The position numbers and the translations under genes are program-made. DNA of 58,913 bases, counting the filler, from Asterionella formosa (lineage: Eukaryota), in assembly GCA_002256025.1 (NCBI GenBank). It is 5 parts of 5 records of this genome, joined end to end, with 100 filler letters (N's around TTAATTAATTAA, not from the genome) between each part and the next. Parts side by side here need not be neighbours in the genome. Positions count along the whole stretch, not along the records: positions 11,830 to 23,539 come from NKIB01008225.1; positions 23,640 to 35,335 come from NKIB01008233.1; 3 more parts are not named here. The stretch is one strand, 5' to 3'. Position 1 is the stretch's first letter. Each line of letters begins with the position of its first letter. The notes under the pieces are model-generated. The model saw only the letters and a list, made by a program, of their open reading frames with translations. It made no database searches and was not told the DNA's origin. Below, piece after piece: positions 12,955 to 23,690 of this stretch.

Positions 12955-14322
12955 TCAATTTAGGTACCACTCTCGAACGTAGGAATCAATATCGATTCTT
13001 GGCATCTGTTCTTCATATCCACTGCCAGCATGTTCTAACTTACTGAGCCATTTCTGCAAGTGAGAAAGTATCGCAAAACATGTTTTAAGGTTGAGATTGA
13101 CCATGTCCAAATCAATTTCATCCATATACATGTTTAGATGACGAGTTCGTTTCATATCAGCATCTGTTGGTGTCTCCGCACCCGTGTCACCTAGAAAAGT
13201 GAAATTTCTCCACTTTAAACCATCAAAGTCCAAAGATGTCCCCTTGAATCCAGAGAAGATTACATACCGTTCAGCTGAAGCCGGTCGACTGCTGATTGGC
13301 TTTACCGCTACCATGTGGTCAAATGCTTGCATGATGTTTCGCATCAAAATCCGAACTTGCGTGGTTTGGAACCCAAACATTTTCATCACAAACGTACCTC
13401 CCTTCTTCAAAAGGGCGAGAGCAGCTGACGCTTGGCAAATGCAAATCTTTTGTGCTAGTTCTTCTTGACATTCAGAGTCTCGCTGCGCATCAAAGCCGCC
13501 ATCCGCCATTACAAGGTGTACCTTCCCAACTTCCATGAGTTCATTTGGGTGGTCACAGTCACTTTGAATCATAGCTTGCAAGGCCAATACATTATTCCAA
13601 TTATAAATGTCCCCAGTCCCATCAGCTCCATAGCATATTCGATAGTTGCCTGTGTTTTGTATTTTCCAGTCACTCCCTCGTCCTTGCTCATTGCACCCAA
13701 TCAAAGACATGCCATATCCTCTGCATTGCTGTCGACAAAACTGCAGAATGTATTCACTAAATCCCCCAGGGGCCCCACATAGATCAACAAATATAAAATC
13801 CCCTTTTCTATCATGCTGTGTCAACGTAAAATCTAACATTGCATTCAAATTCGCCAACTTGATGGCAGACCGATTCATAAAGAAACTATTCATACCACCT
13901 TGTCTGCCTTCACCCAAGACTTCGAATGGGTTGCAAGCACGTCGAGCTTTTTCGAAATGAACATGTGGGTTTTGAGAGTCAAAACGACTGAAATCTTGGG
14001 CAGCTGGCCACAAGCGTCGCTTGATTTGACACAATTGGAGTGAAAGAGAACGAATGGTAGTGGACCTGCCGACTTGAGACGAATCCATGCCATCAAGCAT
14101 ACCGTCAACTGAAAGCCACTTGACGTGGTTCAGCCAACTAGATCTAACTGATCCATTGACGTTTAGCGTATATCCCTTCATGATTTCGTCGAAGCAATCC
14201 CCTGTCGTTTCAATTTGACGCCTCGGTATGTTGTAATTCGTTCCATTCATCATTCGTGATCGCTTTGATCGGTCGCTCTCTTCCTCGGTTTCCATTTCTC
14301 GATCATGCTTGTCGCTTTCCAT
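12955..14322 (-). CDS. CMTR1: Cap-specific mRNA nucleoside-2'-O-methyltransferase (FtsJ/RrmJ family, CMTR1-like)
   Basis: FMNRSAIKLAN, FVDLCGAPGGFSEY (SAM binding), VMADGGFD, GGTFVMKMF and KPISSRPASAERY supply the K-D-K-E catalytic tetrad. Confidence 0.88.
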   Translation of the reverse strand: MESDKHDREMETEEESDRSKRSRMMNGTNYNIPRRQIETTGDCFDEIMKGYTLNVNGSVRSSWLNHVKWLSVDGMLDGMDSSQVGRSTTIRSLSLQLCQIKRRLWPAAQDFSRFDSQNPHVHFEKARRACNPFEVLGEGRQGGMNSFFMNRSAIKLANLNAMLDFTLTQHDRKGDFIFVDLCGAPGGFSEYILQFCRQQCRGYGMSLIGCNEQGRGSDWKIQNTGNYRICYGADGTGDIYNWNNVLALQAMIQSDCDHPNELMEVGKVHLVMADGGFDAQRDSECQEELAQKICICQASAALALLKKGGTFVMKMFGFQTTQVRILMRNIMQAFDHMVAVKPISSRPASAERYVIFSGFKGTSLDFDGLKWRNFTFLGDTGAETPTDADMKRTRHLNMYMDEIDLDMVNLNLKTCFAILSHLQKWLSKLEHAGSGYEEQMPRIDIDSYVREWYLN

Positions 14323-15456
14323 TTTGGAATAAACCGGTATTCTTGCTTATGGAGTCTGATGGTGTGTTTGCTGGACGGATTGATGCAATTTCGATTGCGA
14401 ATAGCGAAGCAATACCCAAATATCACAGGTATGTTGGTGCAGCAGCTCGAATGGTAGACGAATGTAACAGACGATTTCTGTCATCCCCTGGACTGTCCTA
14501 GGTACAAATAGTACGATATATGGATACTTCTACCTTCTACCTACTACTCCTGCTACCAGGTACATACTATCAAAGCAATAATATTTTACTTGATCATACA
14601 AACGTACCGGGGGGACTATGTAGACAGACCTATGTACCGACACAGTTTTTAAACAAGCAGGATGATACTCAAGGGATGTCAGCTTTAAAAAAAAATCTAC
14701 CGGTATGTATTGCCGGTAATGCCGGTACCAGGTAATGGTAGTCCATTGCCGTTCTTTACCAGGTATACCGGTAGTCCGTGAAAGAAGGTTACCTGTTTGT
14801 CTGTACCGGTGTATGATACCAGCACACATCAAACTATCTGCTTGTATGTACGTCTGTACCTGGTACCGTATGATCATTTGTATGTACCGGTAATTAGCAT
14901 CTTTTATACTGACTGGTTTGGGTTAGGTAGGGGTACACTATCAGGTACTGCTCGGTTGCTTTCCAGTTGCACGGAAACAATTGAATAGAGGAGGTAAACC
15001 GGTACTCTTACATGTCAAAATACACAGAGTGAAGAAAGGATAAAATGAGATGAGAGATGTGGAGAGAGAAAGGCAACAGATGTGTGAATGTAGACATGTA
15101 TATTTCAAGCATGTCAGGCAGTTCATACGGGTTTCCCTATGAAACAGTGTTATGTCTTCTTCATTGGTCACACAACAGATCTAGTAAGATTGGATAATTT
15201 GTAATAACATGAACTATAAGGACAATGTCTCATGAAACTTTCCTTTATTGCCCTCCTCATCAGCTTTTGCAAACCCAACATGCAGATATCACCTGTGCAT
15301 GTGACTACGTTTACAATTCACATAGATTAGCGTATTGAATACTTTCCTCCCTTGTCTGCATACCAATCTGCCTAAAGGCGTACTTCTATCTACTCGTCGC
15401 ACAAATACACAGATTGCAGTCCAGCTGCAACTACAGTGCGTACCAGCTAGCTCATG

Positions 15457-16464
15457 CTATCTCCCTCTGAACCTATCCTCCTTCAATCCAATAAAGTCCA
15501 ATTTGACAGCATACAATCCTCCAGCATTTGGTTCTACTGTTGCATCTCTCGACACTGCAGCAGTTGTAATGAACAACACATTTAGATCCTTGCCTCCAAA
15601 GCAGCAGCATGACACTTGTGACGTTGTGTCTGGCATATGGACAACAAACACAACATCTCCTGACATTGGGTCAATACGTTGTACAAAGGAGGGCCCGTCT
15701 CCACCCCTCCAAACGGCATTCCAGAGATATCCCTGTGCATCGATGCATGAACCATCAGGGTCTGCCATTGAAGGGTTTGCATGCAGAAGAGTTTTGTTCG
15801 AAAGGCTTCCAGTGGCCGTGTCATACGAGTAGGAGTGAATTTGTTGAGTGGATGAATCAGCGAGATACATGGTGTTCCCATCCAATGAGAAGCAGATGCT
15901 GTTGGTGATTTCAATCTCATCTACTATAGGCTGGTGTGTGAGCTGATCCCCATCTGTTTGGTATTCACACTTGTATACCTTCATTTTGTTGCCACTAACA
16001 TCTCCATAGTATCCTCCACAAATAAACCTCCTGCCTGGTCTATCGCATCTTCCGTCATTGAGCCGGGTGGGTAGGTTGTATGGATTGACCTTTTCACCTT
16101 GACTCATTTCACTAATCGCTTTGCCATGTTCAATATCATATATCTGAAATCCATCTTCCCAGGCACATAAATATCCATCTTGTTCCTGTGGGAGCAATGC
16201 AAATGCTGCGAGCATTTTGGGCAGTTGAAATGTGTCCATTGATGCAGGGGAGAGATGGAGTCTATGAAATTTCTTGCCAAGGATATCCGTAAAGAGAATA
16301 GTATCTTTGATATAGTCGTAGAGGATGCATTCGCCCAACTCGCAATGAAGATCAGCGACCAGTGTCGCAGTGACCGAGGGCGAAGGCGCTCTCCTCGTTG
16401 TTGTTGGTACTGATGGTGGTCCATCCAGCACTTGCTTGAGATTCATCAAATTCATTGTTGTCAT
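15457..16464 (-). CDS. SMP-30/gluconolactonase/regucalcin family protein
   Basis: ELGECILYD, RLNDGRCDRPGRRF, TNSICFSLDGNTMYLADS, PDGSCIDAQGYLWNA, CCFGGKDLNVLFITTA. Confidence 0.92.
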   Translation of the reverse strand: MTTMNLMNLKQVLDGPPSVPTTTRRAPSPSVTATLVADLHCELGECILYDYIKDTILFTDILGKKFHRLHLSPASMDTFQLPKMLAAFALLPQEQDGYLCAWEDGFQIYDIEHGKAISEMSQGEKVNPYNLPTRLNDGRCDRPGRRFICGGYYGDVSGNKMKVYKCEYQTDGDQLTHQPIVDEIEITNSICFSLDGNTMYLADSSTQQIHSYSYDTATGSLSNKTLLHANPSMADPDGSCIDAQGYLWNAVWRGGDGPSFVQRIDPMSGDVVFVVHMPDTTSQVSCCCFGGKDLNVLFITTAAVSRDATVEPNAGGLYAVKLDFIGLKEDRFRGR

Positions 16465-17400
16465 TGTGCTTGTTGGGACGTGTAGCTTACTGAGAGGGAC
16501 AAATGGCGTTTAGGTGCTGCTGCTACTGGTACTGGTACCGGTACTTCGACTGTTGTTGTTGCCTTTTGTACGAACGAGTTTGAAAAAGGTAATAAATCAA
16601 GTTGTATACCGGTACCGGCATACGCAAACAAAATTGTTCTTGGGCGGATTCCGCCGTATCATGCGTGATCGCTCATCATTGTGTCACCACAAAGAGTAGG
16701 CGTGGTACCAGTACCTGGTACCCCATCATTTACCAGGTATATTGGTGTGTTTCCTAATGGTTACTCCTACTACATACAAATTCATAGCTACTTCATTTGG
16801 GCTTGACTTGTTCTCAACTGGCTGTGCGTAGTATCAAATGTCCTGTGACTACCGGTACCGCTACGTACCTGGTTCCGAAAAACATACATTCCAATTTGTA
16901 TAATATATATTGCATTGTACACAAAAAAGAAGCATAAGAAAAATTTGTATGACAATCATAAACAATTATGGCTGACGATGCTGCGCGCAACTATGGCGTC
17001 ATTCTCGGTCTTACGTACGTTTTCATGAAGGAAGGATATAAACAACCATCTAAAATAAAGTGTAAAAATGGAATGACCATCTTTCCATCTTCTGCTGCTG
17101 CTGTTCGATTGCAAGAGAACAGGTACCGGGTAACTTACTCTACTTGTCCACCGTCCCAGGCGTCAGACGTCTAGTTGTACTGTAAGAGAAGCCCTGTTTT
17201 ACAAAAACAACAAGACAAAACCGCTGGAGGTTTCATATAAACATAATTCCTGCCTGCAAAAGTTAGACGTTACTTTTCTCAGTGCACTGCGCAGCATTGG
17301 CCCACTGCTCTATAGTATGAGGACTGTGTTTCGATGCCATTATATCCAATAAATATTACACATTTAATAATACAAGGAAATCGATGAGGAAAAGCTGATA

Positions 17401-19032
17401 ATGACGGGACGGATCACCACATTGGCACTTTCAATCCTCTTTGTTTCATTGGGTTGTCGAGTGCAAGGCTTCCCGTTTACATTTCTTTTGTCACCATCCA
17501 GATCACAACAAAATTTGAATCAGGACACTATCAACACCATCATGTACTCAGACTACAAGAAAAGTTCTTCTCCAAGACCCAACTATCAAACGTTCCTGCT
17601 ATCGGCACCAGAAAATGACAGTATCGAGCCGCCGACGAAACCATCGACAGGAGCTGCTATTTTAGCACTTGCCATCCCGGCATTGGGGGCAGAATTGATT
17701 GACCCCTTAATGACATTAGCAGACACAGCATTTGTTGGTCGATTCTCCGAAACGGATGCACTGGCTGGGATGGGATCGTCTGTGGCATTGTTGGGATTTT
17801 CCTTTTACATTTTTAACTTCTTTTGTACTGCCACAACCCCCTTGGTAGCATCGCAACGAGCTGCGGGGAATGAAGCAGGTGCCATTGCCGTTGGCGGACA
17901 AGCTCTTTCGTTTGCTCTGTTTCTTGGAAGTCTCATGACTATAGTGATCCTCGCTTTCGAACAGCCCTTACTAGAATTGATGGGGACTGGCATCACGGGT
18001 GCCACTGCCAATGAATATGCTCTTTCCTTTTTGGGAATTCGAGCCTTTGCAGCTCCTGCCGTCCTATGCATATCTGCGTCCACTGGTATACTCAGAGGGT
18101 ATTTGGATACAAAAACGCCCATTTATATTTTGGTCATGGCAAATATCATCAATTTAATTTTGGACCTTATTCTCATTCCTGGCATGGGATTAGGTCCCAC
18201 TGGTGCTGCCATTGCAACTACGACTGCGGAGTGGATTAGTGCGCTGTTATTTCTTGGTGTGTTGGCTGGAACTCTACCCTCTGCTGATGGAGCGCTGGGT
18301 AGCAACCGACGTGCTGCTTCGGATGGTGCAGCACAAATGTTGGTAGTAGTACCATCCTTTTCGATTCCTCCCTTGTCGGAAGTACAGCCATTGCTACTTG
18401 CATCCGGGTCTGTGTTTCTTCGATCGTTGGTACTTCAGCTTTCACTTGCATCTGCTGCTGCCATGGCTGCGAGAGCAGGAGAAGCATCGGCAAGTGTTGC
18501 CGCACATCAAATCGCTATGCAGCTTTGGATCTTGTCTTCGTATACAGCAGATTCATTGGCAGCGGCGGCTCAGGGACTAATTGCAGATGCTCTTGGACGG
18601 AAGGACCAAGACAAGGCAAGAGATGTGACAAGGACAGTGGCTGTATATAGTGTTGTGCTTGGGACGTTGCTAGGTCTTGGTCTTGGGGTTGGAAGTGCCA
18701 CTAGTTTCCTCGAGACTTTCTTTACTTCCGATAGTAGCGTTCAGCATGAGTTGAGCAAAATCCTTGCGTTGATAGTCATTGCTCAACCGTTGAACTCGGT
18801 GGTGTTTGCATCCGACGGTATAGTGCAGGGGGCATCGGCATTTGTGTTTCAAGCCAAGGGCATGGCAGTCAGTGGTTCAACTGCCTTTGGCTCGTTCCTT
18901 GCATTGCAGTACTTCGGAGATGGCTCTGAAACACTCCTACATGTTTGGACTGCATTGATAGTTCTGCAAATCATGCGAGGCGTTACAAATTGCTGGAAAG
19001 TGAATGATATTGGTCTGCTAAAGAGTTTATAA
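17401..19032 (+). CDS. MATE efflux transporter (DinF-like subfamily), possibly plastid-targeted
   Basis: LAIPALGAELIDPLMTLADTAFVGR, GILRGYLDTKTP, GAAIATTTAEW, AAHQIAMQLW, QPLNSVVFASDGI. The N-terminal signal peptide ends VQG-F and is followed by a Ser/Pro-rich stretch (bipartite diatom plastid-targeting pattern). Confidence 0.92.
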   Translation: MTGRITTLALSILFVSLGCRVQGFPFTFLLSPSRSQQNLNQDTINTIMYSDYKKSSSPRPNYQTFLLSAPENDSIEPPTKPSTGAAILALAIPALGAELIDPLMTLADTAFVGRFSETDALAGMGSSVALLGFSFYIFNFFCTATTPLVASQRAAGNEAGAIAVGGQALSFALFLGSLMTIVILAFEQPLLELMGTGITGATANEYALSFLGIRAFAAPAVLCISASTGILRGYLDTKTPIYILVMANIINLILDLILIPGMGLGPTGAAIATTTAEWISALLFLGVLAGTLPSADGALGSNRRAASDGAAQMLVVVPSFSIPPLSEVQPLLLASGSVFLRSLVLQLSLASAAAMAARAGEASASVAAHQIAMQLWILSSYTADSLAAAAQGLIADALGRKDQDKARDVTRTVAVYSVVLGTLLGLGLGVGSATSFLETFFTSDSSVQHELSKILALIVIAQPLNSVVFASDGIVQGASAFVFQAKGMAVSGSTAFGSFLALQYFGDGSETLLHVWTALIVLQIMRGVTNCWKVNDIGLLKSL

Positions 19033-19061
19033 AAGAAGTAGGCGCACTATAGCCTATTGCA

Positions 19062-19696
19062 TCATACCATAATATCTGTTTCGTCTACAGCACGCTTCGC
19101 CTTTTTCGTCCCCAAGGCCTTCATGTCACGTTCAAGTGCAGCGATAGCATTTGCCACCACAACGGAAATCTCGCGATTCTGGAGAGCTCCTGCACGTTCG
19201 TGCCATAGCTGTTGTTGTATGTGCATTAGAAACATGAATGCTTTCTATAGCTTTGTGTCGATTCCCCGAGCCAAGCACGTACCTGCTTTTCCTCGTCGTT
19301 CGTTCGCGCCCAATGCCGAGCAATCGCCGCAACAACATCCTTGTGCTTCAAGGTGGGATTGCTCGTCATGGTGGCCTGGAAGTTTTCCTGCACAAAGAGA
19401 GAATAGGCCGTAACCTGGGAGGGTGCTGCCTCTCGCTTGACTCGCTTGGGCGGCTTGCCTTTGTTATAAATGTTGTTTTGAGATGGAATGACGGAACGAA
19501 GTAATGTGAGAATTGTTACTACTGTGGAATAATTATGCAGCTTAGCTACGCGGCAACGGGCCACACAGGGTGCTTGCTACTTACCATCAGGGCCGGCTTC
19601 AATGCTGGCAATCAACGATCGAAGCGCATCCGCCCTTTCTTGTTGTTGCTCAGCTTCCACCCGAAGGTAGGCGATAAAGGCGTGATGGGCGCTCAT
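19062..19696 (-). CDS. Small HMG-box protein (144 aa, 3 exons)
   Basis: Exons 19696-19585, 19458-19283 and 19208-19062 with GTAAGT/GTACGT donors splice in frame. HMG box TAYSLFVQENF...KHKDVVAAIARHWARTNDEEKQ|LWHERA. Confidence 0.8.
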
Positions 19697-20152
19697 GCTG
19701 GTTTGAAATGGACTAAGATGAAAGGTACTTGTGTTTTCCTATTCAAAGCTAAATATATAACCTGTCTGTGGGGTTGTAATTATCATATCATATTTTTGTT
19801 TGTGTGGTGCCGTTCTTGCTGTGATGATCATGAAGAATGCTGGCTTTTAGTACATACCCATACCGATATTCTACATGTAGCTACCGGTATTCACTGCGTG
19901 ATCATTCCATTCAGACATTTCTCACACTTCGTGTAGAGTTCGGACACCTGTCGACATCAACAGCCTAGCAGACACACTCTAACAATTTCTTCTGACTGCT
20001 TTGTTTTGCTTGACTTTCATGCATCAATGATAAGGTTCCGTAGAATGATGGTCAACATTCTGACAATGATAAGAAGAAGAAGTACCGGGGAAGTAACCAA
20101 GGGAATATACCTGTATACACACCAACTCGCTCCCCTCCATGGATTTCCCAAG

Positions 20153-21010
20153 ATGAACAGACACTCATCGTTATCGTTCTATAGAACTGGCATTCGACGA
20201 AGCTCATTGACGACCTGTGCAAGTCAAAACATGGATGCATGGTTTGCTTCAATCATCAAGCCAGCGCCCTTTTATGAAGCAGCTCGGATGAAAAAGTGCT
20301 ATTTCTACTCCATCGATTTACAGGGTCGAGTCTTCCTAGGTGCGTTTGTGTAGTTGACCAGCAAATATACTCTCTCCACTTGCCAGTGCTTGTGCCACAT
20401 TCTCGATTCACTATGGAAGATTTTACTGACTTGCGGATTTTGATTGTCCACAACCATTTTTTTAGAAGACGTGCACCCAAAGAACATGGCCTCGTCGATC
20501 AAAGATACAGCCTTTCTCGACTTTTTCTTTCGAAGGATACGACGAGTAGGTCCCAAACAAGCTGCTTTGTTACAAGGTGCTGTGGGATCCTATCCATTTT
20601 ATTCCCCATGTGGAGTTGAACTCAACTTTATTAGACCTGCAGACTCGGTAATTGTATTTCATGACTTGGATGGAGACGAACTTGTATTCGCAGGAACACT
20701 GAGACAACCGTTCCATCCAGCATCGTTAGCAATATCAGCAAAAACAGGACGTTTGTACCATGAATTGTTCAATGGCATGGGAGGATTTGGTTTGATACGA
20801 TCGGCTCTTGCTGTCACACTGTCGCAGCAGATTCTTGCTGCTGAACGTGATGAGGACCAAAATAAATATCCTGAAAATAATCGTTCATCAGGTATGTTAT
20901 ATATAGATCAACAAACTGATGGAAAATTTCAGATCCCATGGTTGCCAGAGGAAGCAGAACCAGGCTTGTGGGCCATGCCTACTAATGCTATTACCAACTC
21001 GAGTTCATGA
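20153..21010 (+). CDS. UPF0598/C8orf82 (DUF4505) family protein (243 aa, 2 exons)
   Basis: Exons 20153-20339 and 20466-21010 join as YFYSIDLQGRVFL|EDVHPKNMASSIKDTAFLDFFFRRI, followed by YPFYSPCGVELNFIRPADSVIVF. Confidence 0.85.
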
Positions 21011-21242
21011 AGAATTCACTAGGCATTAGTACAACTTAAACTAGCATGATTTTGGAGATAGGAATAGATTTATTGCAAGGGAGATTTTTTTCTTTTCCTG
21101 CTCCCCAAAAAGAAGCTTGAATTCAGAATACTATGGTCCTCATGGTGGTCTCAATATGTAGAATACGCTTCCACTATAGGCAATTTACGCAATGACTGTG
21201 TTGTATCCGCACAAGATATTTAATTATATAGAACGTGTCATT

Positions 21243-23213
21243 TCATTGCATGTTATCGCTATTCCGAGCATTCTCCATACAGTACTGATCTCTCATCGTT
21301 ACTTCTTCTACAGCATCCTTGAGTTCACTGTCAGTGACTGGCTCACCATCAATATCGTCAATGTCGGAACGGTAATCCCCAACTTTTGCATCAGGAATTA
21401 TGAAATAATCTTCGTCTAGCAGTCGAAGCGTTTCTTCGTCAAGCTCGTCAACTGCAAGTGATTCGCCATCAATATCATCGTCATGTTCAATTTCAATTTC
21501 TCCTTGAGTCGCAGGTGAGCGTTTCTTGGTTTCAGTGCTCTTATTGCTTTCAATATCTCCAGCTGGAATTGGAGGTTGATCTACCAATAGCTCAACTTCT
21601 GGTTCATCTGAGACTTCAGTAAACTCTCCTCGAGGGCGATCGAAAATTATTGGAGTCGTCTCTTCGAATTCTTCTACCTTATCCTCAACTAGCACTTCCT
21701 CAATCACAGAACTTTTGACAACTTCGCGCCCTTCAAATCGAGCCTCAAGCTCGTCTATAAAATTATGATCAAAAACGCTCCAATTTGTCCATGCACTCAA
21801 CACACCATTCACTGCTGTTTTGAGCTTGTTCAATCGCATGCGCCCCAAGTTGCTGTGTTCCCCGTGCTTGCCAAGACTGGCGAAAATTTCAGGAGACATT
21901 CGTTCCACAGCATCTCTGTATCGAAATGCGTTTTTAATACCAGGCTGTTGGGAATTGAACAATACATCAGATAATAGATAAAGCCGAGCCACACGCGTGT
22001 CGATACTGCAATCGGATTCCAGCAATATTTCCTTGAGTTTGAATGCAATACGTTCAGCAGCTCCACTCTTTTCAAAGCAAAAGGCAGTAGCTTCGCAGAT
22101 ACTTTTTCGAGAGGCAGTCAGTTTAATTCTCACTAGAGTTTGGAACATGATCTCATCATCCGGCCGTAATTGTTTTTGTCCTTCCCTTCGTTCCAACTGG
22201 CGACCAGTAACAAATTCTTTGTTGAATGATTCGTCGCTTTGACCTTTTGGAGCTTCTTCAATTATAATAGATGTATGGTTATCTTGTGGAGGTGGTATCC
22301 AGGTTCTACCGTCGTCAATCATAACAAAAGGTTCTGTTTTCCAAACATCCGGCGAGTCTCCTTGGCCTAGTGAATAGACTTTCCACCGGTAGTAAATGCT
22401 CTCTACTTTCTCGGTTTCAGATCCGTCAGGGTTGAACCTGAGAAAATTGAACTCCGAGTTATGCAGTTCCTTATCCAAAATCTGGTTTTCAATATGGGGC
22501 CCATTTTTGGCGACGACTGATGCAACTCTTGTGATGAACTGCCGTCGTCGTGGATCATTCGGTGAAACGACCACAACGGAATGCGCATCAATGTGTTCCA
22601 TTTTAGGACGCTTTATAAGGAATTCGCTGTTGTTTCGGTCCACTTGTTCTTTCTCTGTCTTGACATTTTTACCCCACCGCATCATGAGCCGACGACCAAC
22701 TCTAAAGGGATCCTTATCCGAACAAGCGTCCATGGCGGCATCGGCGTCGGCTCGATGCACGAAACTAACAAATCCAGTATTTCGATTCCTGGCTCGTTCT
22801 TCTGGCGTCCGCGGCCACATAATTTTTAGAGAATATAGCGGTCCAAATTGTGAAAACATGTCCATCACTTGCTTCTCGGTCAAGGAGGGGCAGAGATTGG
22901 AGAGGAAAATATTCGTAGTCAGGTGCTCCTCGCCAGGCTGTACGAAAGATCCTTTTGGAGCTACCGATGGCTTTCTGACTGCAAAATCCGTCTCAATTTC
23001 CAGATCTTGAATAATCGCGTCCATCTTAGCCTTTCGGGTATCGCTCATCATGATGTGATGGCGCTTCATGGACGACGTTGTCGCCGGAACAATCGGCAAC
23101 GCTTTGGCAACATTCGTCTTAATGTTGCCCTTGTTGGAAAGTGCGGAAAAGGCGTCCTCGTCGTCAGAGGATGAAGACTCCTCGTTTGGGGCTCCGCCAC
23201 GTCGGATCACCAT
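21243..23213 (-). CDS. U2SURP: U2 snRNP-associated SURP motif-containing protein (SR140): RRM-SURP-CID
   Basis: TTNIFLSNL...KIMWPRTPEERARNRNTGFVSF (RRM), YYRWKVYSLGQGD (SURP), ARLYLLSDVLFNS (CID), acidic DIDGE repeats. Confidence 0.92.
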   Translation of the reverse strand: MVIRRGGAPNEESSSSDDEDAFSALSNKGNIKTNVAKALPIVPATTSSMKRHHIMMSDTRKAKMDAIIQDLEIETDFAVRKPSVAPKGSFVQPGEEHLTTNIFLSNLCPSLTEKQVMDMFSQFGPLYSLKIMWPRTPEERARNRNTGFVSFVHRADADAAMDACSDKDPFRVGRRLMMRWGKNVKTEKEQVDRNNSEFLIKRPKMEHIDAHSVVVVSPNDPRRRQFITRVASVVAKNGPHIENQILDKELHNSEFNFLRFNPDGSETEKVESIYYRWKVYSLGQGDSPDVWKTEPFVMIDDGRTWIPPPQDNHTSIIIEEAPKGQSDESFNKEFVTGRQLERREGQKQLRPDDEIMFQTLVRIKLTASRKSICEATAFCFEKSGAAERIAFKLKEILLESDCSIDTRVARLYLLSDVLFNSQQPGIKNAFRYRDAVERMSPEIFASLGKHGEHSNLGRMRLNKLKTAVNGVLSAWTNWSVFDHNFIDELEARFEGREVVKSSVIEEVLVEDKVEEFEETTPIIFDRPRGEFTEVSDEPEVELLVDQPPIPAGDIESNKSTETKKRSPATQGEIEIEHDDDIDGESLAVDELDEETLRLLDEDYFIIPDAKVGDYRSDIDDIDGEPVTDSELKDAVEEVTMRDQYCMENARNSDNMQ

Positions 23214-23387
23214 TGTGCGAGGTTCAATCTCAAAGACAAGGCACTCTCGACGCTTCTACGACCATGTGTTGCCGTAATATATGGCATGCAAACCAAAAAG
23301 TGAGGTTTGACTACATACCGTACACTAATGCACAATCCGAATATTGGACTCGGAGGACATACTGGTAGTTTGTTGACAACCTGTTGC

Positions 23388-23539
23388 TGGTACCTGGTAC
23401 CAGGTACCTGGTACAGGTACTATTAGGTACGCGCTCCCATCAGGGGGAATCAGCGAGGTGAGTCCATTCTAAGGTTCCGGTACCAGGTACCAGGTACTAG
23501 GTACATGGAGTACCAGGTACCGTAACGGGTATTGGTACA
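23388..23539. repeat. Dense GGTACC/TACCAGG/CCTGGTA palindromic motif cluster in a divergent intergenic region
   Basis: tggtacctggtaccaggtacctggtacaggtac...ccggtaccaggtaccaggtactaggtac...gtaccaggtacc, running into the assembly gap. Confidence 0.85.
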
Positions 23540-23639
23540 NNNNNNNNNNNNNNNNNNNNNNNNNNNNNNNNNNNNNNNNNNNNTTAATTAATTAANNNNN
23601 NNNNNNNNNNNNNNNNNNNNNNNNNNNNNNNNNNNNNNN
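23540..23639. other. Assembly gap with artificial linker
   Basis: N-run with TTAATTAATTAA. Confidence 0.97.
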
Positions 23640-23690
23640 TGTGTTTATAATAACCTTTTCTTGATACCCCTTGTTTCGATTCCAGATATC

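Noticed and set aside
22396..23010. 204-aa plus-strand ORF and similar antisense ORFs within the GLTP, MATE, SMP-30 and coiled-coil genes
   Set aside because: Shadow ORFs opposite well-supported genes, with no recognisable motifs.
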